Source of the DNA: Acidithiobacillus ferrivorans
GTDB taxonomy: Bacteria; Pseudomonadota; Gammaproteobacteria; Acidithiobacillales; Acidithiobacillaceae
Direction of reading: 5' to 3'
Length of the DNA stretch: 60,015 nt
Assembly (NCBI GenBank): GCA_020723125.1
Contig: DYJM01000002.1
Location: forward strand, 1 to 60,015
Below are positions 1-9,613 of the stretch, one piece after another. The number at the start of each line of letters is the position of its first letter. The first letter of the stretch is position 1. The notes beneath the pieces were generated by a model. It saw only the letters and a list, made by a program, of their open reading frames with translations. It did not search any database and was not told where the DNA came from. The position numbers and the translations under genes were made by a program.

Positions 1-1151
1 GCGTGGGCCAGTCGAGACAATAATTCCGGCCAGTTCCTGCCTGGCAGAATATTGCCCAATACCACTGCCTCACGGACTCCGGTCACCTGATCATAAGCTA
101 GAGCTTTTCCGCGCAAGCATTGTTCACCCAACCAGGCAAAGGCCAAAGCCTCAAGCGCCTGACTGGGAATCCCGCTTTGTTCTGCACCGTTATGTACCCG
201 CAACTCAGGTAAAGCCGACTGCAATTCCCGCATCAGCGTTGGATTCTCAGCGCCGCCGCCAAACACCAGCAATTCTTTTGCACCCGGTGTCCATTCCCGC
301 AGGGCATCTGCCACCGTTATGGCCGTCAATGCCGTTAACGTAGCCACAAAATCCGCTCCCAAATATTTCCAGTCATCCCACCATTGACCGACCAGCCGAT
401 CATCAAAACTTTCCCGACCGGTACTTTTGGGTGGAGATTGCCGGAAATAGGGGTGCTTCAGCCATTGGGCGAGGGGCAACGCCCGAACCTTACCTGCCGC
501 TGCCAATTTGCCGTCCAGATCGCAACGGGCTTCGCCTCCGCTCAGAATCCGGACGGCTGCATCAATCAAGACATTCCCGGGCCCGGTATCGAAGGCCTGC
601 AAAGCCCGGGAGTCATCACCGCCAGGGATCCAGGTCAAATTTGCCATACCGCCCAGATTCAGGACCAGACGGGGCTGATCTGCCTGAAACAGGCGCTGAT
701 GAAATGGGGGAACCAACGGTGCACCCTCACCTCCAGCAGCAACATCTGCTCGCCGAAAATCGTGAACCACCGTCAGACCCGTAGCGATGGCCACATCAGC
801 AGCGGAACCAATCTGCAGGGTAAAACCGGGAACAGCACGCGGCTGATGCCGAATGGTCTGGCCATGCAGGGCAATAAAATCGACTGGACCCAATTTATGG
901 ATGGCAGCCACTGCTACCTCCGCATAACAGGCTCCCAGTTGCCGATCCAGCACGGCCATTTGCTCAACGCTCAGCGGGCCATTGGCAGCAAGCACCATTT
1001 CCCGCAAGGGCGCAGCAAAAGCCTGGCTGAATAAACCGACATATCCCCGTGCGGGAGTAACGCTGAAATCCAGCACCGCTGCATCAACGCCATCGGCACT
1101 GGTTCCGGACATCAAACCCAAAGCGCGCAAGCCGTTACCGCTTCGCAACAA
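1..1151 (-). CDS. anmK: anhydro-N-acetylmuramic acid kinase (3' end runs off the left edge)
   Basis: Not in the ORF track. My own translation of the minus strand gives GLMSGTSADGVDAA near the N-terminus, FDTGPGN, and LGNILPG near the end. Probable TTG start at 1151 or 1148 (in-frame TGA just upstream); no stop in the last codons before the edge. Confidence 0.9.
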   Translation of the reverse strand, partial: MLRSGNGLRALGLMSGTSADGVDAAVLDFSVTPARGYVGLFSQAFAAPLREMVLAANGPLSVEQMAVLDRQLGACYAEVAVAAIHKLGPVDFIALHGQTIRHQPRAVPGFTLQIGSAADVAIATGLTVVHDFRRADVAAGGEGAPLVPPFHQRLFQADQPRLVLNLGGMANLTWIPGGDDSRALQAFDTGPGNVLIDAAVRILSGGEARCDLDGKLAAAGKVRALPLAQWLKHPYFRQSPPKSTGRESFDDRLVGQWWDDWKYLGADFVATLTALTAITVADALREWTPGAKELLVFGGGAENPTLMRELQSALPELRVHNGAEQSGIPSQALEALAFAWLGEQCLRGKALAYDQVTGVREAVVLGNILPGRNWPELLSRLAH

Positions 1152-1186
1152 GATTCAGAAATTGTTCCTGCTGCGAACAGCCTCGC

Positions 1187-1669
1187 TCAATGTTCGTGAC
1201 CGTACTCACCATGTACATGGCCGTGCGCCAGTTCTTCTGCAGTCGCATCACGCACATCCAGTACCGTGACATCAAAATTCAGCGTCATTCCGGCCAGAGG
1301 ATGATTCAAATCCACAGTCACATCATCGCCTTCAATATCAATCACCGTGGCCAGACGGGCACCTTCGTCCGTCTCGGTTTCAAACTGCGTCCCGATTTCG
1401 AGATCATCCGGATCATCAAAATCTTCCTTGGCAACCACTTCCACCAGATCCTCATCCCAGTCGCCATAACCTTCTTCGGGCGGAATGGATACTTCAACCT
1501 TATCGCCCGTGCGATGCCCAGCCAAAGCCTGCTCCAATCCGGGAATGATTCCGTGGTGTCCATGCAGATAAATAAGTGGTTCTTCACCTACAGAGCTGTC
1601 AATCAGCTCTCCCTCTTCATCGGTGAGGGAATAGTCGATGGTGACTACTTTGTCGTTGCTGATGATCAT
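1187..1669 (-). CDS. slyD: FKBP-type peptidyl-prolyl isomerase SlyD (short His tail)
   Basis: MIISNDKVVTIDY, DLNHPLAG and VRDATAEELAHGHVH motifs; ATG at 1669 preferred over the longer ORF start. Confidence 0.92.
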   Translation of the reverse strand: MIISNDKVVTIDYSLTDEEGELIDSSVGEEPLIYLHGHHGIIPGLEQALAGHRTGDKVEVSIPPEEGYGDWDEDLVEVVAKEDFDDPDDLEIGTQFETETDEGARLATVIDIEGDDVTVDLNHPLAGMTLNFDVTVLDVRDATAEELAHGHVHGEYGHEH

Positions 1670-1724
1670 ATTGGCCGTCCTATAGATGAGGGCTGGAGGA
1701 TAAAGACTGATTTCAGCGAGAATT

Positions 1725-2741
1725 CTAGCTTGACTGGGCAGAAACGGCAAAATTTTCCGGGGCCTCCCAAAACTGCCAGGAAGGCGCAAGAATCTCACTG
1801 AATGCCTTGATCCACATAGGATTGTCATTAAGTGCCGGAATATATCGCAAAGTCTTTCCGCCAGCATTCAAAAAAGTTTCTTTGCCTTCCAGCGCAATTT
1901 CCTGGAGAGTCTCCACACAATCCGTCGAAAATCCGGGGCAGAGGACATCGATTTCCCGAATCCCCTTCCGGGCCAGACTCATCAGGGTTTTATCGGTATA
2001 AGGCTCAAGCCATTTAGCCGCGCCAAAACGACTCTGGAAAGTTTGAACCCATTCGCCCTGCTTCAGTCCCAACGCCTGCACCAACAGTGCCGTGGTGGTT
2101 TCACACTGTTGACGATATGGATCACCCAACTGAATGGACCGCTGGGGCAGACCATGAAAGGAAATGAGTAACTTTTCAGCGCGACCATGTTCCTGCCACC
2201 ACTGACGGACACTTTCCGCCAGCGCATGAATATAGGCAGGATGGGTATGCCAGTCCCGGAGCATGCGTAATTCGGGAATATCCCGCATACCGCGCAACAC
2301 ATCGGCGACCTTGTCAAATATGGAGGCCGTAGTAGCTGCGGCATATTGGGGATAGAGCGGCACCACCAGGATTTTTTCACAACCCGATTGGCGCAGTTCA
2401 GCCATTTTCTGCGGTAAGGACGGTTTTCCATAGCGCATGGCCAGTGCTATGCGTACCTGTCCGGGGAAATGGGTATCACAATACTGCTGCAAGCCATCCG
2501 CAAGACGCTGACTATATACCATCAAAGGGGACCCTTCGGGCATCCAGATGCTGGCATAATTGCGCGCCGAACGTGCCGGACGGATAGTCAGAATCGGACC
2601 ATTCAATATGGGCCACCAGATAAACCGAGGCAATTCCACCACCCGCCGGTCACTGAGAAACTCACGCAGATAACGGCGTACGGCTGCCGCAGTAGGGGCC
2701 TCAGGTGTACCCAGATTGACCAGCAGAATACCAATCATCAT
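1725..2741 (-). CDS. hemH: ferrochelatase
   Basis: GILLVNLGTP, PLYPQY, SFHGLP, FQSRFG and DCVETLQEI motifs. Confidence 0.96.
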   Translation of the reverse strand: MMIGILLVNLGTPEAPTAAAVRRYLREFLSDRRVVELPRFIWWPILNGPILTIRPARSARNYASIWMPEGSPLMVYSQRLADGLQQYCDTHFPGQVRIALAMRYGKPSLPQKMAELRQSGCEKILVVPLYPQYAAATTASIFDKVADVLRGMRDIPELRMLRDWHTHPAYIHALAESVRQWWQEHGRAEKLLISFHGLPQRSIQLGDPYRQQCETTTALLVQALGLKQGEWVQTFQSRFGAAKWLEPYTDKTLMSLARKGIREIDVLCPGFSTDCVETLQEIALEGKETFLNAGGKTLRYIPALNDNPMWIKAFSEILAPSWQFWEAPENFAVSAQSS

Positions 2742-3514
2742 TCCTCCTGCAGTTGAATCACAACAGGCGCGTGATCTGAAGGTCGTTCAGCAGCCCGTGC
2801 ATTCCGATCGATGGCTACATCCTGAACCTCCGCCATCAAGGCGTTGGAGGCCAGAATCAAATCAATCCGCAATCCGCGATTACGGCGAAATCCTGCCGCC
2901 CGATAATCCCACCAACTCCATTCCTGAAGATCACCATGCTGATGCCGCCAGCTATCCTGCAACCCGAGATTCAGCAGGGCCCTCAGGGCTGCCCGTTCGG
3001 GGGGAGAGCACAGGACCTCTTCTCCCCAGGCCACCGGGTCATAAACATCCCGGTCATCGGGGGCAATATTAAAATCTCCGACGAGCAGCAGTCGGGGCCA
3101 TTGCTGCAATTCCTTTGCAATCAGAGCGCGCAGACGCTCCAGCCACTGCAGCTTGTAGGAATATTTATCACTTTCCAATGACTGGCCGTTGGGCACATAC
3201 ACATTTACCACCCGGGTGCCCGCGAAAGTGCCCGCGCAAAGCCGCGCCTGCCCGTCGCTTCCATCGGGCCAATCGCAGCGCCCATCTTCCGGCACACTGC
3301 GGCTGAGTATCGCCACGCCGTTATAGGTTCGCTGCCCATGATAAAGTGCGTGATAACCTGCTTCAGCCAGTTCGGCAACGGGAAAATTTTCATCGCTGAG
3401 TTTGGTTTCCTGCAGACACAGCACATCCGGAGATTTTTCCTGCAACCACTCCAGCACTTGCGGAAGCCGCACCTTGAGGGAATTGACATTCCAACTGGCC
3501 ACTTTCATGGACAT
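2738..3514 (-). CDS. xth: exodeoxyribonuclease III / AP endonuclease (paralog 1)
   Basis: SWNVNS, LQETK, YNGVA, GDFNIAP, WWDYR and SDHAPV motifs; start at 3514 or 3508. Confidence 0.93.
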   Translation of the reverse strand: MSMKVASWNVNSLKVRLPQVLEWLQEKSPDVLCLQETKLSDENFPVAELAEAGYHALYHGQRTYNGVAILSRSVPEDGRCDWPDGSDGQARLCAGTFAGTRVVNVYVPNGQSLESDKYSYKLQWLERLRALIAKELQQWPRLLLVGDFNIAPDDRDVYDPVAWGEEVLCSPPERAALRALLNLGLQDSWRHQHGDLQEWSWWDYRAAGFRRNRGLRIDLILASNALMAEVQDVAIDRNARAAERPSDHAPVVIQLQEE

Positions 3515-4116
3515 TATTGCGGCAGGGTCGCACTGACACTGGGCCGTAAACGCATACTGTGCATCCAGGCCAACAAATCGGGAAACTGGACCAGAAAGTC
3601 CGGAGCCCGCAGGTCCACATAACCCACTGCAGCTACCGTCGCAATTTGTGACAGATTCAATACCGGCGCAGATGCCGCGTCTTTCCACACCCTGCTTTCC
3701 TCCTGAAGCATGGCCAGCGCCGTAGTCACCTTGCCGCGCGCGCGCTGCAACATGTTCAGATCCTGACAATCAGCCGCGTGACGCTGCTCCAGAACCCAGG
3801 CGATGGTTGTATCCATGATGCCGCTGGCCAGTGCTTCCACCCGCAGGGCTTCAATACGCGCTTCCGGGTCCTTGGGAATAATCGCCGGGTCCGGACGCAA
3901 CATCTCCAGATACTGAATAATCACCGCAGAATCATAAACCGCCGAACCATCATTACGCAGCAGTACGGGGATTTTGCCCAGCGGATTGTGGCTGAGGGCA
4001 GCATGGTCCTGAGCCCGCAAATTGACCCACTCCACTTCGCAAGGGATGTTCTTTTCCAATAATGCCATACGGACCTTGCGGGCGTAGGGGCTGGTTTCGG
4101 TAGCAAACAGGCGCAT
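3514..4116 (-). CDS. glutathione S-transferase family protein
   Basis: SPYARKVR, NPLGKIPVL and YDSAVIIQYL GST N-domain motifs. Confidence 0.88.
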   Translation of the reverse strand: MRLFATETSPYARKVRMALLEKNIPCEVEWVNLRAQDHAALSHNPLGKIPVLLRNDGSAVYDSAVIIQYLEMLRPDPAIIPKDPEARIEALRVEALASGIMDTTIAWVLEQRHAADCQDLNMLQRARGKVTTALAMLQEESRVWKDAASAPVLNLSQIATVAAVGYVDLRAPDFLVQFPDLLAWMHSMRLRPSVSATLPQ

Positions 4117-4195
4117 CTTTTTCTCCTTATGGGTAGGCCAGCGTTGACTCTGTTATCATGACTTAAATTATCATCCCTAGCCAAGCCCAGGAATC

Positions 4196-5044
4196 ATGAA
4201 CTACCAACATCATTTTCATGCCGGCAATGCGGCGGATTGCAGCAAACATCTGGCGCTTTATCTTGTGTTGGAAGCCCTGACCCGCAAGGACACCCCCCTG
4301 GCCTACATCGACACCCATGCCGGAGCCGGCAGTTACCCGCTGGGCAACAGCGGCGAACATCTTGGCGGCGTTACGCGCCTCTGGGCAGATCGACGCAGCC
4401 TGCCCCAATCCGGGGAGTGGCTCAAACGTATTCAGCAGATCAATCACGACAAACAACTGCTGCACTACCCCGGCTCGGCCCGGCTGGCCGCCGAACTGCT
4501 CAGACCGGAAGATCGGATGATTTTATGTGAAACAGAGGCGGAAATTGCCTTGCAGTTGCGGGCGAATATGGGTAAAAGACCACACACCAGCATTCTCAGC
4601 GAAGACGGCTATCGCGCCCTTTTTGCCCATATCCCTCCTCAGGAAAAACGCGGTCTGGTGTTCATTGATCCGCCCTTTGAGCGCCGGGACGAATGGGAAA
4701 TGCTTGCCGATACCATACTGCGTGCCTATCAACGCTGGCCGCAGGGAACCTATCTCATCTGGTATCCCGTAAAAATACGGGGTACGATCACGCGGTTCTG
4801 GCAAGCCATACGCGGCAAGATTGCGGCGCAGGTGTTTGAACTGACACAACGGCCGGAAGAGGGTCGCGAAGCCCTGGCCGGTAGTGGTCTGATGCTGATC
4901 AATGCGCCCTGGGGCGTCAAGGAAGCCCTCAGCGCCGGTCTTACCGAACTTGGCCCGCTACTGGCCAACCCACAATCCGGGGGATTCTGGTCTCTGCGTT
5001 GTAGCGGCTGGGCCGCCCCTGAAAAAGCCAGTCATAAAAAATGA
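4196..5044 (+). CDS. rlmJ: 23S rRNA (adenine2030-N6)-methyltransferase RlmJ
   Basis: NYQHHFHAGN, IDTHAGAG, IDPPFE and IWYPVK motifs. Confidence 0.93.
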   Translation: MNYQHHFHAGNAADCSKHLALYLVLEALTRKDTPLAYIDTHAGAGSYPLGNSGEHLGGVTRLWADRRSLPQSGEWLKRIQQINHDKQLLHYPGSARLAAELLRPEDRMILCETEAEIALQLRANMGKRPHTSILSEDGYRALFAHIPPQEKRGLVFIDPPFERRDEWEMLADTILRAYQRWPQGTYLIWYPVKIRGTITRFWQAIRGKIAAQVFELTQRPEEGREALAGSGLMLINAPWGVKEALSAGLTELGPLLANPQSGGFWSLRCSGWAAPEKASHKK

Positions 5045-5077
5045 TTCATCCCAATCACGCAGAAAAAGGTTAAGCAG

Positions 5078-5362
5078 ATGGACAAAGAAACTCTTCCCAA
5101 TATCGATCATATTCAAAAACTGCTGCTTTATGGCGGCCCCTCCGCGCAGCTACAGCAGGAGCTGGTCAAAACGCCCGGCGCAGAAATCAGTGTCGCTGTC
5201 CTCTATCAACTGGCCCTGCGTCATGGCGTCATCAGCCCCACTGCAGCGCGTGAAGGTCTGGCCCTGCTGGCTACTACGGGGACAGCCGGCGACAGTGGCC
5301 GTAAAATTCTGGAAAAAGTGATTGCCGACAGTGATTTTCTGGCTGTGCGGGTCATGCGCTGA
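5078..5362 (+). CDS. small conserved hypothetical protein (resembles DUF2322)
   Basis: TLPNIDHI, SVAVLYQLA and AAREGLAL pattern recalled from DUF2322; sits in an apparent operon between rlmJ and xth. Confidence 0.6.
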   Translation: MDKETLPNIDHIQKLLLYGGPSAQLQQELVKTPGAEISVAVLYQLALRHGVISPTAAREGLALLATTGTAGDSGRKILEKVIADSDFLAVRVMR

Positions 5363-5374
5363 AGGAAACGGACA

Positions 5375-6136
5375 TTGCGTCTTTATAGCTGGAATGTGAA
5401 CGGCTGGCGGGCAGCCTGCCGCAAAGGTTTGCGGGACTGGGTGAAAGAGACCGGCCCCGATCTGCTCTGCGCTCAGGAAACCAAGGCGGATCCTGCAAAA
5501 CTGCCCGCTGCGGAAAGCCGTCTGGAAGGATATGACAGCTGCTGGGCCGTGGCCGAACGGGCCGGTTACAGCGGCGTCGCCACTTTCAGCAAAATTCCCG
5601 GACAAACTTCTCATGCGGGTCTGGGCATAGAGCATTTTGACCGCGAAGGCCGGGTGGTTGTCACCGATTGCGGCGATTTTGATTTGTACAACGTCTATTT
5701 TCCCAACGGCAAAAAAGATGATGAACGACTGGCCTTCAAGCTGGATTTTTATGCCGCCTTTCTGGCGCATATCAACCAGAAAATGGCGGCAGGCCGCCCG
5801 GTCATTTTTTGCGGCGATGTGAACACGGCGCATCAGCCCATCGATCTCGCCCGCCCCAAGGAAAATCAGCGCATTTCCGGCTTTCTTCCCGAGGAGAGAG
5901 CCTGCTTGGACCAATGGCAACAGGCCGGTTGGGTGGATAGTTTTCGTCACTTTCATCCTGATGAGGCCCGTTACTCCTGGTGGAGCCAGCGCACTGATGC
6001 CCGCAGTCGCGACATCGGCTGGCGCCTCGATTATTTCTGGGTACACCAGAGTCTTCTGCCGCGCCTGCGTGCGGCGGGCATCGCTACGGAAGTCATGGGT
6101 TCTGATCATTGTCCCGTCTGGCTGGAGATTATTTGA
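5375..6136 (+). CDS. xth: exodeoxyribonuclease III / ExoA-type AP endonuclease (paralog 2)
   Basis: SWNVNG, QETKA, GYSGVA, YFPNG, GDVNTAH, GWRLDYF and SDHCPV motifs. Confidence 0.93.
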   Translation: MRLYSWNVNGWRAACRKGLRDWVKETGPDLLCAQETKADPAKLPAAESRLEGYDSCWAVAERAGYSGVATFSKIPGQTSHAGLGIEHFDREGRVVVTDCGDFDLYNVYFPNGKKDDERLAFKLDFYAAFLAHINQKMAAGRPVIFCGDVNTAHQPIDLARPKENQRISGFLPEERACLDQWQQAGWVDSFRHFHPDEARYSWWSQRTDARSRDIGWRLDYFWVHQSLLPRLRAAGIATEVMGSDHCPVWLEII

Positions 6137-7032
6137 TGCGCCTCGAACAGTATGTGCAACTTGCCGAAAATGAACTGTTCACCGTGGCAGACTTGCGGCG
6201 CTGGGGGAGCAGCCGCTTTGCCGCCGCCGATCTGGACTTCAGTCAGGGACAACAAAATCCCCGTGCCGAAGCCGATCTGATCCTGGCGCGCGCCCTGCAC
6301 CTGGAACCCGAAGATCTTGCGGACTTTTCAGGTGCCCGGCTGCTGCCCGAGGAAAAGCGCCGGGTATTGCAGCATTTTTTTGAACGCGAAGTTCTCCGCA
6401 GGCCAGCGGCCTATATCACTGGAGAAGCCTGGTTCGCCGGGTTACGCTTTATGGTGGATGAACGGGTATTGATCCCCCGCAGCCTCATTGAGCCCTTTAT
6501 TGAAGAGGGCTTTGCGCCCTGGGTGGAAGAATCGCGCATCCAGCGTATTCTCGAAATTGGTACCGGTTCCGGATGCATGGCCATTACCCTGGCCCTGCGT
6601 TTTCCCCATGCGGAAATTGATGCCGTGGATATTTCCCCAGATGCCCTGAATGTGGCGCGCAGCAATGTCCAGAAATACGGGCTGGAAGATCAGGTGCATT
6701 TATATCAGTCCGATTTGTTCTCGGCTTTGCAGGGCCAACGTTACGATCTGATTGTCAGCAACCCCCCCTATGTGGATGCCGCAGCCATGGCCGAGCTACC
6801 GCCGGAATACACCCATGAACCACGCCTGGCCTTGGCCGCCGGCACGGATGGATTGGACTGTCTCCTGCCCCTGCTGGAGCAGGCTCCCCGGCATCTGGAA
6901 ACAGGCGGGGTATTGATTGTGGAAACCGGCGATGCAGAACTGGCGCTCAGCGAACAAAGACCCGATTTGCCGCTGATCTGGCTGGAGCACCCTGCGGGTG
7001 GCTCCGGTGTTTTCCTGATGACCTATTCATGA
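6136..7032 (+). CDS. prmB: 50S ribosomal protein L3 N5-glutamine methyltransferase
   Basis: PAAYITGEAWFAG, DERVLIPRS, IGTGSGC and SNPPYVD motifs; ATG overlaps the xth stop. Confidence 0.9.
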   Translation: MRLEQYVQLAENELFTVADLRRWGSSRFAAADLDFSQGQQNPRAEADLILARALHLEPEDLADFSGARLLPEEKRRVLQHFFEREVLRRPAAYITGEAWFAGLRFMVDERVLIPRSLIEPFIEEGFAPWVEESRIQRILEIGTGSGCMAITLALRFPHAEIDAVDISPDALNVARSNVQKYGLEDQVHLYQSDLFSALQGQRYDLIVSNPPYVDAAAMAELPPEYTHEPRLALAAGTDGLDCLLPLLEQAPRHLETGGVLIVETGDAELALSEQRPDLPLIWLEHPAGGSGVFLMTYS

Positions 7033-7953
7033 GTCAGTACGAGTGCCTTCAATGGGATGTTTTTCCTCGCTGAACAGCAACTGTAAAAACACCCGCACCG
7101 CCCGTGACTGAAAATCCGTCTGTGGGCGAATCAGAAACAGCGTCCAGAATAGACCGCGCGGCGGCTCCAGGCGCAGGGAGGCCAAGGGCCAGCGGACCTT
7201 GTCCAGTGCCTCCACCGAGGCAAAGCCAATACCCAAGCCTGCCGCGACCGCGTCGCGCAGGGCTTCGACGCCCGTCACCTCCACACTATAACGGGCACAC
7301 AATCCAGCATGAGCAATGGCGGCCTCGACGCGGCGCCGAATCCCTGAATGGGCTTCTCTCCAGACAATGGGTTGTTGCAGAATTTCCTCCCAGCGCGCCG
7401 ATTGTCGTCCTTCCTGCACCCAGGGATGATCCCGAGGCAGAATAGCCACCAGTTCGTCTTCCCGCCAGGCCTCCTGCTCCATGTGTTGGGGCAAATGATC
7501 TGCAGCAATTTGTTCTTCGGTAAACAGCAAATCCCAACTACCCAAAGACAGGGCATCCGGCAAAGGACCCGTTTTCAATTGCAACTGGATACTCGGGTAG
7601 GCACTGCGGAAACGGGCCAGATGTTCCATCAAAAAATAGTTGGCGACCGTATTGGTAGCCGCAATGCGTAAACTGCCTTCCTGCAGGTTCTGGCGCCGCG
7701 CCGACCAGCTTTCCACCTCTGCCAGGCTTTCGCGCAGGCGGCGGGCATAGGGCAACAGGGACTCACCTGCTGCCGTCAGCTTGATACCGCGACCACTGCG
7801 TTGATAAAGCGGTTCTCCCAAACTCAACTGCAATGCCCGCAGCCGCTCGGAAACAGCAGGCTGGCTGCGCTGCAAGATCCGGGCCCCACGCCCTACCCCT
7901 TCGGCCTCGGCAACAGCCAAAAAGGCCAACAATTCTTCTGCATGTATTTTCAA
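7027..7953 (-). CDS. LysR-family transcriptional regulator
   Basis: N-terminal HTH (LQRSQPAVSERLRALQ, LTAAGE) plus substrate-binding domain; TTG start; divergent from an MFS gene. Confidence 0.9.
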   Translation of the reverse strand: MKIHAEELLAFLAVAEAEGVGRGARILQRSQPAVSERLRALQLSLGEPLYQRSGRGIKLTAAGESLLPYARRLRESLAEVESWSARRQNLQEGSLRIAATNTVANYFLMEHLARFRSAYPSIQLQLKTGPLPDALSLGSWDLLFTEEQIAADHLPQHMEQEAWREDELVAILPRDHPWVQEGRQSARWEEILQQPIVWREAHSGIRRRVEAAIAHAGLCARYSVEVTGVEALRDAVAAGLGIGFASVEALDKVRWPLASLRLEPPRGLFWTLFLIRPQTDFQSRAVRVFLQLLFSEEKHPIEGTRTDS

Positions 7954-8044
7954 TTGGATTTTCCGATGAATACGCGTAAATCAATCTATTAGTTCTATAT
8001 TAGTGACAGCGCTACAGTAGGGCAAATTTGATGGGAGGCACCCG

Positions 8045-9613
8045 ATGGAGCGCATCCAGCCATTGTCCAGAACCTGGCCACTTTTTGCCGGTGTGGCCCT
8101 GGCGCTGAGTATGGGCTCATTTGATGGCGCCTCGGTGCAGGGTATTTTTCCCTATGTGGCGGGCGGTCTTTCCACCAGTAGCAATCACGCCATGTGGACG
8201 CTGACTTATTTCATCGTGAATTGGTCCGTGGGGATCACCCTCATGCCCTGGACCACCCAGCGTTTTGGCATGCGGCGGGTATTCCAGATGGCCGTCATGA
8301 TTGCTGGCATCGGCACCATTATCAGCGCCACCACCAGTAATCTCTGGATCATGCTGCTTTCCCGCGCCCTTGAAGGGATTGCCGCCGGGCTGCTGGTGCC
8401 CCTGAGCCAGAGTCTGTTTCTGCGCCATAGCCCCGAACGACAGCATGGTCTGGTCACCATTTTCTGGAGTAATGCCATGCTGGTTCCCTTTTTTTTCGGG
8501 CCGGCCCTGGGCGGTTTTTTGGCTACAGACCTGGGTTATCGCAGTATTTTTCTGCTTTCCCTGCCTTTCTGGATACTGGCATTACTGCTCGGTAGCAGTG
8601 GTATCCCCAAAGATCAGGGTCGCAAAAACATGTCACCCTTTGACGGCTGGGGATTCGGCCTGCTCTACGCCGGGCTGATGAGTCTGCAAATCGTACTCGA
8701 TCAGGGCGAAGAATATGGCTGGTGGCACTCTGCGTTTATTCTGAAAATGACCTTGATTGCTCTGGCTTGTTTTTTGCTGTTTGCCTGGCGCGAAAGCGAA
8801 ACAGCCCATCCCCTGCTGGAAATCCATTTTCTGAAGCGGCGCAATTACTGGTTGGGGCTTTTGCTGCTCTGCCTGGGATGGGCCATGTTCATGGGCTGGG
8901 CTTCCATTTTACCGCTTTGGGCAGAAGAAGATCTGGGCTTCAACGGCTTCTGGGCCAGCCTCGTTCTTTTCCCCATTGGGCTGGGGGCGATCCCGCTGTC
9001 TACCCAGATGGATCGCCTCCGGGGTCTGCTGGGCTTGCGCCGTCTGGCTGCCTTGTGTTTCAGCATTTTTGCCTTTGCCTATGGTAATGCTTATCTCAGC
9101 CCCATCAGCAGCCTGTCTGACCTGTTTTTTCCCATCCTCCTGATAGGCATTGGCGTCGGTATGCTCTTTGTGCCCCTGACCCTCATCATTCTTTCGGGTC
9201 TGGATAGAGAAGAAATCCCTTCAGCGGCAACGACCAGCAACTTCATCCGGGTATTCAGTGCAAATATCGGCGTGAGCATGCTGAGCGTCTATTGGACCCG
9301 TTACAGCGCCATGGCTGCCGACCACTTGCGCGGGCAGATCAGTCGCTTCCAGAGCCACCAGGATTTAACAGCGGCCATGTTGCACAGCATGATCATGGTC
9401 AAAGCCGACACCCTCAGTATCGACAACCTGTTGCGACTGTCCATGTGGATTTGCCTGGCCGCCGCCTTGATAGCCTACTTTTTCATCATCCCCCCGAGCC
9501 GCATGAAAACGGCCAGCGGCCCACAAAGCTATGTGGAAGAGGAAGAAGAGGAAACCGGCTTTGCCGCTTCGGCAAAAGCCGATGCCGCCGACGGCGCCAG
9601 AACCACTTCCTGA
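8045..9613 (+). CDS. MFS transporter, DHA2 (EmrB/QacA-like)
   Basis: Many hydrophobic segments; motif A-like TQRFGMRR, GPALGGFL and LQIVLDQGEEYGW. Confidence 0.85.
   Translation: MERIQPLSRTWPLFAGVALALSMGSFDGASVQGIFPYVAGGLSTSSNHAMWTLTYFIVNWSVGITLMPWTTQRFGMRRVFQMAVMIAGIGTIISATTSNLWIMLLSRALEGIAAGLLVPLSQSLFLRHSPERQHGLVTIFWSNAMLVPFFFGPALGGFLATDLGYRSIFLLSLPFWILALLLGSSGIPKDQGRKNMSPFDGWGFGLLYAGLMSLQIVLDQGEEYGWWHSAFILKMTLIALACFLLFAWRESETAHPLLEIHFLKRRNYWLGLLLLCLGWAMFMGWASILPLWAEEDLGFNGFWASLVLFPIGLGAIPLSTQMDRLRGLLGLRRLAALCFSIFAFAYGNAYLSPISSLSDLFFPILLIGIGVGMLFVPLTLIILSGLDREEIPSAATTSNFIRVFSANIGVSMLSVYWTRYSAMAADHLRGQISRFQSHQDLTAAMLHSMIMVKADTLSIDNLLRLSMWICLAAALIAYFFIIPPSRMKTASGPQSYVEEEEEETGFAASAKADAADGARTTS

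Noticed and set aside
384-1034. 216-aa plus-strand ORF and other long antisense ORFs (e.g. 5150-6109, 15816-16916, 37660-38571, 51988-53130, 55144-56268)
   Set aside because: Shadow ORFs opposite well-supported genes in GC-rich DNA, with no motifs.
7954-8044. LysR T-N11-A box in the LysR-MFS intergenic region
   Set aside because: A near-palindrome (AATCTA-N7-TATATT) is present, but the motif is too degenerate to call and the arrangement is ordinary.
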